Origin: Candidatus Omnitrophota bacterium
Lineage (GTDB): Bacteria > Omnitrophota > Gorgyraeia > Duberdicusellales > 4484-171
DNA length: 64,000 nucleotides
Assembly: GCA_043820815.1 (NCBI GenBank)
Contig: JBDRDJ010000005.1
Coordinates: 1,313-65,312, forward strand
Direction: 5' to 3'
Under the pieces are notes generated by a model. The model was not told the origin of the DNA. It saw only the letters and a list, made by a program, of their open reading frames with translations, and ran no database searches. The position numbers and the translations under genes were made by a program. How positions within the stretch are numbered: the stretch's first letter is position 1; every line of letters begins with the position of its first letter. This document shows positions 18,237 through 26,758 of the stretch, one piece after another.

Positions 18237-19415
18237 TTATTTTCTTCGTAAAACACTTTCAATAATTTTAATACCCAGCTCTAACTCCTTTAATGTAACG
18301 TTAAGAGCCGGCATTATACGTATAATATTTTCATGAGTCGCATTTATTATGAGTCCACGCTTAAGTGCCCCGGCAACAAAGTGATAGGCCTTAAAATTAA
18401 GTTCTATGCCAGCCATCAGCCCCATGCCTCTTAGCCCTTTGATTTCGGGAAACTTTTCCTTTAGTTTTCTAAGAGAATTAAACAGATACCCGCTCATTTT
18501 ATTGACATTAGCTAGAATTCTTTCTTCTTTGATCACAGAAAAGACTTCTTTTGCCACCCTGCATACAAAGGGCGAGCCGCCAAATGTTGAAGCGTGCATT
18601 CCCGGCTTCATTAATCCGGCGATATCTTCAGACACAACCATGGCAGAAATCGGAATGCCCGCCCCCAGGCCTTTAGAAAGAAGCATAATATCCGGCTTTA
18701 TTGAGTAATATTGGTAACTGAACAATTTTCCGGTTCTGCCCATGCCTGTCTGAACCTCATCTACAATAAATAGAAGGGATCTCATTTTGCAGTAATTATA
18801 TAAATCAGTAATAAATTCCTTTGAAGCCACATTTACCCCGCCTTCACCCTGAATGAGCTCAAGCAGAACAGCTACGGTTTTATCTGTGGTTTTCTTTTTT
18901 ACGCTAGATAAATCATTAAGGCGCGCTTCTTTAAACGATTGTAAAACAGGTTTAAAGGGGTCTTTATACTTTTTCTGGCCTGTTGCAGAAAGAGCACCAA
19001 ATGTCCGGCCGTGGAATGAATCTTTCATTACAATAATTTCATATCTTTTCTTTGCCATGCCGTATATCCGGCTCACCTTGATTGCCCCCTCAACCGCCTC
19101 AGCCCCGGAGTTTGCAAAAAATACTTTTGAAGGAAAAGACGATTTAACGATTTCGCGCGCTAAATCAACCTGCTCTCTGAAAAACAAATTATTAGGAAGA
19201 TGAATCAGCCTTTTTGACTGCTCGTTTATGATTTTAACTATTCTGGGGTGGCAATGGCCCAAAATAGACACTCCCCATCCGGGAAAAAGATCAAGGTAAC
19301 GCTTGCATTGGGAATCCCATAACCAGGAACCTTTACCTTTTATAAATACCGGGCCTGTACGGGTATATGTGTTGAGAGAATATTTCTTAAAAAGTTCTCT
19401 TGTGCCGCTAATCAT
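18237..19415 (-). CDS. argD: Acetylornithine aminotransferase
   Basis: Class III aminotransferase: NSGAEAVEGAIK, DEVQTGMGRTG, and PDIMLLSKGLG (PLP Lys). Confidence 0.9.
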   Translation of the reverse strand: MISGTRELFKKYSLNTYTRTGPVFIKGKGSWLWDSQCKRYLDLFPGWGVSILGHCHPRIVKIINEQSKRLIHLPNNLFFREQVDLAREIVKSSFPSKVFFANSGAEAVEGAIKVSRIYGMAKKRYEIIVMKDSFHGRTFGALSATGQKKYKDPFKPVLQSFKEARLNDLSSVKKKTTDKTVAVLLELIQGEGGVNVASKEFITDLYNYCKMRSLLFIVDEVQTGMGRTGKLFSYQYYSIKPDIMLLSKGLGAGIPISAMVVSEDIAGLMKPGMHASTFGGSPFVCRVAKEVFSVIKEERILANVNKMSGYLFNSLRKLKEKFPEIKGLRGMGLMAGIELNFKAYHFVAGALKRGLIINATHENIIRIMPALNVTLKELELGIKIIESVLRRK

Positions 19416-20263
19416 TAAATTATTTCGGTTCCGATTCCCTTATTGGTAAAAATTTCAAGAAGAAAAGCATGAGGTATTTTCGCATCAACTATATGTGCCT
19501 TGCCAACCCCTGCCTTAAGCGCCTTTAAAGCCGCTCGCACCTTAGGAACCATTCCTTCGTTGATAACCTTATTTGAAATTAACTTATCTATTTCATCCGC
19601 GGTTATGGTAGAAATCAAAGAAGAGTCGTCCTTAATATTTCTCATAACCCCAAGCACTTTTGTAAGAAGAATGAGTTTTTCAGCTTTAAGTTCTGCGGCT
19701 AAAAAGAAAGCCGCATCGTCTGCGTTTATATTGTATGTCTTTTTTTCTTTGCACACTCCGATAGGTGCAATAACAGGAACGGATTCCTTAAGCGCGGCTT
19801 TAAGAATATCTCCCTTAAAATCAACGATCTCGCCAACCCGCCCCAAATCCTGGGAAGCCTTCTTCTGGACAACCTGCAAAATCGGATTATTAACGGAAAA
19901 CCCTTTTGCCGATATACCCTGGTTTATTAATTCTTTTACGATTGTTTGATTGAGTTTGTCGAGTTCCTCCTCGACTATTTTTAATGTTGAAGCATCGGTT
20001 ACCCGTAAACCATCGACAAACTTAACCGGTAGTTTTTCTTCTCTTAAGCGTTCGCTGATACGCGGGCCGCCTCCGTGGACAAGAACAGGCCTTATACCGG
20101 CGTATCTTAAAAAAGCGATGTCTTCAAATACGGCCCTTCGTACTTTCTCTTCACATAAAATCGAACCGCCGTACTTTATCACAAAAACTTTTTTATTAAA
20201 CCGGCGTATATAAGGCAAAGCCTCAATCAAAACATCAGCTTTTCTGATAGCCTTTTTAACCAT
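19415..20263 (-). CDS. argB: Acetylglutamate kinase
   Basis: VIKYGGS, LVHGGGP, and NINADDAA motifs. Confidence 0.9.
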   Translation of the reverse strand: MVKKAIRKADVLIEALPYIRRFNKKVFVIKYGGSILCEEKVRRAVFEDIAFLRYAGIRPVLVHGGGPRISERLREEKLPVKFVDGLRVTDASTLKIVEEELDKLNQTIVKELINQGISAKGFSVNNPILQVVQKKASQDLGRVGEIVDFKGDILKAALKESVPVIAPIGVCKEKKTYNINADDAAFFLAAELKAEKLILLTKVLGVMRNIKDDSSLISTITADEIDKLISNKVINEGMVPKVRAALKALKAGVGKAHIVDAKIPHAFLLEIFTNKGIGTEII

Positions 20264-21380
20264 CTGAATTTATTTTTACATATTCAGGGGTTAAATCTGA
20301 AGTATACACGCTCCATGACGAATTACCCCTTTTTAAATTTATTTCGATACCGATAACTTTCCTTTTGAGAGAAGAAGATTTAATTCCAATATTAGATTTA
20401 ACCGATATTCCCTCTTGGCCTAAAGCCGCGATTATTCTTCCCCAGTTAGGGTCTGCGCCATAGAGCGCACATTTTAGAAGCAATGAGTTAGCGATACACA
20501 AACCAGCCCTGCGAGCCTCAATATGTGTTTTTGCCCCTTTTATTTTTAATTTAACAAATTTGGTTGTTCCTTCGCCATCTTGCACAATCATTTTAGCCAG
20601 CTCAAGGCATATATGGTTAAATTCTCTGAAAAACTTATCTCTTTGCTTTGAGTCTTTTAATGCAAACTTATTGCTCGATAAGATAAAAACAGTATCGTTT
20701 GTGCTGGTGCAGCCGTCAACGCTTATTGAATTAAAACTTCTCTCAATCGCTTCTTTAAAAAAATGACTATGCTTATATTTTTCGATATTTACATCAGTTA
20801 AAATAAACCCGAGCATCGTGGCCATGTTGGGGTAAATCATCCCTGCACCCTTAGCAACGCCTACTATTTTTACCTTTCCCTGATTAAGCATAAATTCTCT
20901 GGAAACTATCTTTTTATATGTGTCAGTTGTTAAAATGCTCGAGGAAAATTCCTTTATATCTTTACCAAGCTTAGCAATAAGCAAAGGGAAAGACCGCTTT
21001 ATTTTCTCAACAGGAAGCCTTTTCCCGATAAGTCCTGTTGAAGAAAATAATATGCTTTTTTTACTTATCCTTAATATTTTCGCCAGTGAATCAACTAACC
21101 GGCCAGTTTTAAATAAACCGTCAATACCTGTAAAACAATTGGCATTTCCGCTATTTACTAAAACAGCCTTAATTTTATTTTTGATATTCCTTTTACTAAA
21201 CGTTACGGAATAGGAAGGATTGGCGTTAACGGTAAAGAATCCTCTTGCACAACCTCCTGCGGTACAAAGAATAAGGCCGAGGTCTTTTTTTGACTTCTTG
21301 ATTCCGCAATGGATACCGGAAGCCAAAAACCCAACAGGCAGAATTGTATCTTTGCGCTTCTGTTTTAGCAGCCTTATCAT
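20256..21380 (-). CDS. argJ: Bifunctional ornithine acetyltransferase / N-acetylglutamate synthase
   Basis: Autoproteolytic site PNMATMLGFILTD and SVDGCTSTNDT. Confidence 0.9.
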   Translation of the reverse strand: MIRLLKQKRKDTILPVGFLASGIHCGIKKSKKDLGLILCTAGGCARGFFTVNANPSYSVTFSKRNIKNKIKAVLVNSGNANCFTGIDGLFKTGRLVDSLAKILRISKKSILFSSTGLIGKRLPVEKIKRSFPLLIAKLGKDIKEFSSSILTTDTYKKIVSREFMLNQGKVKIVGVAKGAGMIYPNMATMLGFILTDVNIEKYKHSHFFKEAIERSFNSISVDGCTSTNDTVFILSSNKFALKDSKQRDKFFREFNHICLELAKMIVQDGEGTTKFVKLKIKGAKTHIEARRAGLCIANSLLLKCALYGADPNWGRIIAALGQEGISVKSNIGIKSSSLKRKVIGIEINLKRGNSSWSVYTSDLTPEYVKINSDG

Positions 21381-22387
21381 TGCAATCCCAAACTTTCAGC
21401 AAAACCACATAAAATATTCATATTTTGAATAGCCTGGCCTGAGGCGCCTTTTATAAGGTTATCTATTACGCCGACTATTACAATTCTGTTTCCTTTGATC
21501 CTTAGGCCAATATCACAAAAATTAGTTCCTACAACATCCTTAAGGTGAGGCAGTTTCTGATTTAACAACCTTATAAAATATTCACCCTTGTAAAAATCAT
21601 TATATAATTTATTCGCATCTTTTTCGCCTATGCTCTTATTGAGCCTGGCATAAATTGTTGCAAGTATCCCCCTTTCAACAGGTATAACATGAGGCGAGAA
21701 TTGAACTTTGGTTTTCGTGCCGGAAATATCTGATAACAACTGATCTATCTCAGGGGTATGCTGGTGATCAAAAGGTTTATAGCTAAACATATTGCCGTTT
21801 AAATGTGCGTAGTGGTACTCTAAGGCAGGCTTTCTGCCTGCTCCGGTAATTCCGGATTTAGCATCGATAATAATATCACCGATGAGCCTCTCTTTTATAA
21901 GCGGCGCCAGAGACAATGCTGAAACAGTAGGATAGCACCCTGGATTTGCAATCAATTTTGCCTTTTTAATCTTATCCCTGTAGAGCTCGCATAAACCATA
22001 TACAGCGCCTTTTAAATTTTCCCTATCCGTATGGGGTATATTATAATACTTTTGATAAACTGCTTTATCCTTAAGGCGGTAATCAGCCGATAAGTCAATG
22101 ACTGTCTTTTTCTTCTTAATAAACTGAGGCACAAATTGTAAAGAAATCCTGTGAGGAATAGCCAAAAATACTATATCCGCTGCCAAGGCGGCTTCCTTAA
22201 TATTCAAATTCTTACAAGTCAGCCCTAACCTGCCTTTAAACCGGGTAAATATATCGGAAAACTTTTGTTCTTCATCGATTTTAGCCGAAATATAAGTAAT
22301 TTCAGCCTGGGGATGGCCTAAAAGCAGGCGGATAAGTTCCTCTCCTGTAAAACCCGTTGCCCCGATAACTGCTGCTTTAACTTTCAT
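21377..22387 (-). CDS. argC: N-acetyl-gamma-glutamyl-phosphate reductase
   Basis: VIGATGFTGEELIRLL and ANPGCYPT (active-site Cys). Confidence 0.9.
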   Translation of the reverse strand: MKVKAAVIGATGFTGEELIRLLLGHPQAEITYISAKIDEEQKFSDIFTRFKGRLGLTCKNLNIKEAALAADIVFLAIPHRISLQFVPQFIKKKKTVIDLSADYRLKDKAVYQKYYNIPHTDRENLKGAVYGLCELYRDKIKKAKLIANPGCYPTVSALSLAPLIKERLIGDIIIDAKSGITGAGRKPALEYHYAHLNGNMFSYKPFDHQHTPEIDQLLSDISGTKTKVQFSPHVIPVERGILATIYARLNKSIGEKDANKLYNDFYKGEYFIRLLNQKLPHLKDVVGTNFCDIGLRIKGNRIVIVGVIDNLIKGASGQAIQNMNILCGFAESLGLQ

Positions 22388-22529
22388 ATTTATAACCTTT
22401 TATAAGTAAATATCTTAAACCAAAACGGCTTTTGAGTCAATGAATTTAAAAAAGCTACCCCTAAACTTCAACCAATAGCGGATTTCTGGCGAAGAACAAA
22501 CCGCAGGCAGGCCAGCGTTTAAAGCGATA

Positions 22530-24077
22530 TTAGCCTTTAAACCTATAAATATTAATTTTATCGGCCTCTGAATACTTATATAATTCAAATAGTTTCTGAT
22601 CGGAAATCCCCTTATAAGTTCTTTCTGAGATAAATAACCCGTTTGCAGGGGCTATTTTCTGAAGATGGGCTGCGATATCAATTACCATGCTGAATACGTC
22701 GCTGCCGCTGATTGCATCATCATGGATAACTTCACCGGTATCAAGGCCTATGCGTACCCTGAAGTCATCCTTTAAGATGCTGGTTTTCTTATTAAACTTA
22801 AGCAGCATCCGCAAAACATCCTGAGCAGCAAAAACCGCATGGCAAGGCTCTTGAAATATATAAATAGCCCCGTCACCAGCGCGGTTTAACAAGCGCCCTC
22901 TGCGGCGCAGCATAATAGAATCAACAGATTTCCAATACTCTGTAAATGAGTATACGACATCCTCATTGGCCTCACCGTATTTTAAAGCGGTGCTTTCAAC
23001 AACATCAATATCTAAGGCCGTCGCATTACTTGAAAACTTCTTTTTTATATGATCGTGAAGGAACTTCTGCATTTTTAGTGAATCCCTAAGGGTAAGTTTA
23101 CCGACTCCCGAGGCATCAGAGGCTAAAGCACGGCTAAGTTTTTTATCTTCTGCGGCCGCCTCCTGCAATACCTCCTGGGCATTTAATACAGTTCTCTTTG
23201 TAACTCTACATATAAGGCTGCTTATTTCAAAGAATATTATGATTAAAACCGCGGATGACAAAAGACTGACAAAAAAAGTACTGTAGTCGGAATCTAGATC
23301 TACCGGGTAAAAAGCAGCGATTAAATACTTAAGAAGTGCTATCGAACATACTCCAATAAAAAAACCAATAATCAGCATAAACCATTTGCGCTTACCTGCA
23401 AAGAAACTTATAAAATAGCTTCCTGCCGACCATACAAGAACCTGCAAGATAATTATAGGGTGCAGCAGCAAAAATTTACCAAGCAGAAAAATAATCTTAA
23501 ATAAATCTTCTTCCCTGAACTTTGAAACCCCCTTCGCAAACCAGTCAAAATTTTGGAACGCAAAAGGCAAAGATTTAGCCGAGAAAAACTTAAATACCGG
23601 TTCTCCTATGATAAGATTTCCTATAAATTCCATACGCAGGAATATTCCTAAAACAGAAGCCCATAAACAGGCGCAACCGGAAATAATCGATACACTGCGC
23701 CCCTTTAAAAGTAAACCGCAAAGAAAGATGACGATAAATTCTATAGGAAAAGGCTTGCCCAGTAAAACTAAATTTGCCAGCAACGGACAGCCGGCAACGA
23801 TCAGAAATATTACATCAAAATCCTCAAGCCGGATTGTAAAAATAATAAAGATAAAACACGCGATTAAATAAATTAAAGAAAATTCAAGCGAGTAGTAAGC
23901 AATGGTAAAACCGAATACCGCGGCAACAAGGCAAAACGCGGCTTTAGGCAGCTTATATGATAAGACTGAAATAATTCCCGCAAAGCTTAAACCCCACCAA
24001 TTGGGAAAATATGGGAAAATACCCAAAGATAAATATGTGAGGCACCCTGAGCACAAAATTATTAAAATCTTCCGCAT
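22530..24077 (-). CDS. Polytopic membrane protein with C-terminal class III nucleotidyl (adenylate/guanylate) cyclase domain
   Basis: About 290 aa of hydrophobic helices. The C-terminus follows CHD-like motif order: ALDIDVVESTAL, NRAGDGAIYIF, VRIGLDTGEV, and IDIAAHLQK. Confidence 0.6.
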   Translation of the reverse strand: MRKILIILCSGCLTYLSLGIFPYFPNWWGLSFAGIISVLSYKLPKAAFCLVAAVFGFTIAYYSLEFSLIYLIACFIFIIFTIRLEDFDVIFLIVAGCPLLANLVLLGKPFPIEFIVIFLCGLLLKGRSVSIISGCACLWASVLGIFLRMEFIGNLIIGEPVFKFFSAKSLPFAFQNFDWFAKGVSKFREEDLFKIIFLLGKFLLLHPIIILQVLVWSAGSYFISFFAGKRKWFMLIIGFFIGVCSIALLKYLIAAFYPVDLDSDYSTFFVSLLSSAVLIIIFFEISSLICRVTKRTVLNAQEVLQEAAAEDKKLSRALASDASGVGKLTLRDSLKMQKFLHDHIKKKFSSNATALDIDVVESTALKYGEANEDVVYSFTEYWKSVDSIMLRRRGRLLNRAGDGAIYIFQEPCHAVFAAQDVLRMLLKFNKKTSILKDDFRVRIGLDTGEVIHDDAISGSDVFSMVIDIAAHLQKIAPANGLFISERTYKGISDQKLFELYKYSEADKINIYRFKG

Positions 24078-24186
24078 TTTATAATTATAACATAATAATT
24101 AATTTAAGAAAATATTTCAATCCTAAAATTTATACTTGTAAATTAGCGGTTAGCTGAGGCAAGGAAGGTTTCCTGAGGAAAGTGTT

Positions 24187-25464
24187 TTATTTACTGATAA
24201 CGGGCCCGGACGGTTCGCCGGTTCCTACATTATTTTTTATTGTTTTAAAAAGGTTCTTTAAAGCATAGTAAGATTTTTTGGGTACACGTTCGTTAATCCC
24301 GTCTTTTAAGGTTTCTTTGATAGAAACCAATCCAAACCATTCTTCGTTCATATTCAAATTATTCTCTGCTTTTATGTCATAAGAATAGGTCCCCTGCGAC
24401 CATCCTGCCTGAGTGTTATGAATGCTCCACTCCTCCTCGTAGCCCTCGTTGTACTTCCACCACTCGTCATTCCACTCAAAAACCACTCCTCCAATGGCGT
24501 TGCCGCCGGCGTTACCACTCATTACCGTGTTGTCATAAAGGTTCTTCCACTGGCTGAGCAGATATTGAGCCTGGATCTCCTGGTCCTCCTTTAACTTGTA
24601 AGCGTCGTAAGAATCGCAGCCGAACTCCGATAAGAATACTGGCCTGTCAAATATCTTACTGACATCACTGAAAAGGTTGTTGAAGGTCTTGCCACGGTAG
24701 GTGATTATGGCAAGAACATCGACATTCTCGCAGACCTCGGCGGCAACATCAAGAAAATGTACTTCTCCGTTTCCCAGGGCAACAGGATGCCCGGGGTCTA
24801 TCTTCTTTACCTCCAGCGCCAGCTCATTGACAAACGAATAATAGATCTCCGCCTTCTTAAAAACCCTGTCTCCGTGTTTTTTAATCTTCTCAACCTCAGG
24901 AGACGTCCAAAACCTGATCTGTCCGGAGCAGGTCAAATTGTTTTCGTTACCTAGAATCCACATAAGCAGGCCTTTTTCGTCTTTTAAGCCTTCGATGACG
25001 GCGAGGAGCTCTTTTTTTGTCTTTTCCTGAAAGTCCTTATCAGCATAATTTGCCTCAGGATAGCTCCAAAGCCCGAGCCAATCGCTTACCACGGTGTAAA
25101 TACCAAAATTATCATACATATCAGAAATAAACTCTTTGGCTTTAGAAAAGTCCTTGCCCGCCGAATAAATCCGCACGCAATTAAGCCCCATTTCCTTCAT
25201 GAGCTTTCCGTCAACAAGCCATGGCTTTAAAGGGTCTGAAAAAAAGTCATAATCGTGCCCCTTACCCACAGGGGTAGGTCTGTAAATCACGCCTTTTGCC
25301 AGAAAAGGCTTGCCGTGGACAACAAGGCTGTAACCCCCTTCCTCAAGCTTATCGATATAGACAATTTTTTGGGTAGTCTCGGCGGGCAAAACCGGCACAA
25401 AACCGCAGGTAACTGCCGCGACAATACAGACAGAAACTAAAACTGATGGGATACTTATCTTCAT
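24187..25464 (-). CDS. Secreted clan GH-A (beta/alpha)8 glycoside hydrolase, GH72-like motif order; start re-set to MKISIPS
   Basis: A signal peptide follows Met44 of the track ORF (the longer ORF overlaps the upstream gene). Motifs: KGVIYRP, NCVRIYS, WILGNENN (acid/base-like), PVFLSEFGCDSY (nucleophile-like), GGVVFEWNDEWWK, and EEWFGLVSI. Confidence 0.6.
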   Translation of the reverse strand: MKISIPSVLVSVCIVAAVTCGFVPVLPAETTQKIVYIDKLEEGGYSLVVHGKPFLAKGVIYRPTPVGKGHDYDFFSDPLKPWLVDGKLMKEMGLNCVRIYSAGKDFSKAKEFISDMYDNFGIYTVVSDWLGLWSYPEANYADKDFQEKTKKELLAVIEGLKDEKGLLMWILGNENNLTCSGQIRFWTSPEVEKIKKHGDRVFKKAEIYYSFVNELALEVKKIDPGHPVALGNGEVHFLDVAAEVCENVDVLAIITYRGKTFNNLFSDVSKIFDRPVFLSEFGCDSYDAYKLKEDQEIQAQYLLSQWKNLYDNTVMSGNAGGNAIGGVVFEWNDEWWKYNEGYEEEWSIHNTQAGWSQGTYSYDIKAENNLNMNEEWFGLVSIKETLKDGINERVPKKSYYALKNLFKTIKNNVGTGEPSGPVISK

Positions 25465-25483
25465 CTCGCCAAGCGTAAGCCGC

Positions 25484-26665
25484 CTACTCTTTCTCGTACT
25501 TAATCTCGTCCAGGTAAAAAATAATACCTTCGGGGTCATTAATATCTGTGTTGGTCGCGTAGAAGAACCCTCCGATAATGTGAGAAAGGTCAAGGCCTCT
25601 CAAGTCGATTTCGTACTTTTGCCACTCTTTGGCGAGTTTAGTGGAAAATATCATAGCAGTATCGGAGTCAGGATGCTCATCCTGAAACATTCCGCCAATA
25701 CCGAATTTATCGATCACCTCTCCCCCTTCATGGCCGCGCGCCCAAAAGGTAAGCTTGTTTGCCCCCTGGAGATTATACCCTGCATTAGGGACTTTACCCC
25801 AATTGTTAGCGGGGTTCTGCCAGTAAATCCCCGCCCAGCGTGTAGGTGACCGGCGTTTGTACTCTACGCGGATACAGGAATCACCGCTAAAAGGGGAATC
25901 CTGCCAATTCTGGTTGATTCTTAAATCCTGGGCTGCGGTCGCCGGCATCCACCCGCCGGGGATGTAATGATTATCCAGTGAAGTAGCGTCAGCATATACG
26001 TAAAAGGGGAAATTTACCCCGGTGCTCTTTCCCTTGAGCTCATAGTCATAAGTAAAATATACCTCGTCTAAATATACGGTCTGTTCTCCGCCGGACTGGT
26101 CGGCATTAAAAATAACGGCCAACCCTCCGTTGATATAGGACAGGTCTTCGCCGACCAAGTTAAGAGAATGCTCCTGCCAATCTTTGGTAAGACGGATGGG
26201 GTCTCCATCGACCGTGGCAGAATCAGGGTAATCCACAGTCTCTCCGTTAGCCTTGCGGACGATCCCTCCGACCTTGACATTGGTTATAACTTCTCCCCCG
26301 GTCTTACCCTTAGCATGAAATACCAGTTTATTAAAATCGCTTAAGTCCAGACCGGAATCAACCGTACCCCAGTTATTCTGGGCCGACTGCCAGTAGATCC
26401 CTGCCCAACCGTTGCCGCCGGAACGTACTGCTTTATAGGTCATAACAATGCATGTGGCGCCGGAAAACGGCTCATTTTGAGACTGATCATCAAATATCAG
26501 GTCTCCTGTGTCACCCATCCAGCCGCTGGAGATATAATGGTTGAGCGACGAATTCTTATCAGCATAGATGTACAAATCTTTTATGTCTTTCTCACAAAAA
26601 CCTGAAGTCACTGCCAGCGAGCTTAACATCGCCAGACATACAAGAGTTAAGCTTACTTTTCGCAT
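25484..26665 (-). CDS. Secreted protein with two tandem ~180-aa repeats, putative carbohydrate-binding modules
   Basis: Signal peptide. Internal duplication: YIYADKNSSLNHYISSGWMGD...FSGATCIVMTYK...GWAGIYWQSAQNNWG versus YVYADATSLDNHYIPGGWMPA...FSGDSCIRVEYK...RWAGIYWQNPANNWG. Confidence 0.5.
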   Translation of the reverse strand: MRKVSLTLVCLAMLSSLAVTSGFCEKDIKDLYIYADKNSSLNHYISSGWMGDTGDLIFDDQSQNEPFSGATCIVMTYKAVRSGGNGWAGIYWQSAQNNWGTVDSGLDLSDFNKLVFHAKGKTGGEVITNVKVGGIVRKANGETVDYPDSATVDGDPIRLTKDWQEHSLNLVGEDLSYINGGLAVIFNADQSGGEQTVYLDEVYFTYDYELKGKSTGVNFPFYVYADATSLDNHYIPGGWMPATAAQDLRINQNWQDSPFSGDSCIRVEYKRRSPTRWAGIYWQNPANNWGKVPNAGYNLQGANKLTFWARGHEGGEVIDKFGIGGMFQDEHPDSDTAMIFSTKLAKEWQKYEIDLRGLDLSHIIGGFFYATNTDINDPEGIIFYLDEIKYEKE

Positions 26666-26758
26666 ATCTTACCTCCTTATTTACGTATGGTTAGTGTATT
26701 TTACGCTCTTAATCGCGGTTAAATCTGCCCCTTATTCTTAGACCTCCTTCCGCCTCCC

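Noticed and set aside
19500-20213. Plus-strand ORFs of 149 aa and 87 aa.
   Set aside because: They are antisense to argB and rich in Ser/Leu/Phe, as expected from the reverse complement of a coding region. There is no independent support.
25465-25593. N-terminal extension of the 24187..25593 ORF. Similar extensions occur for leuD (to 44523), adk (to 52955), rpsE (to 55402), rplC (to 63225) and 37901..38203.
   Set aside because: The extensions overlap the upstream gene or lack an RBS. Internal Met codons give canonical N-termini or signal peptides, with better RBS spacing.
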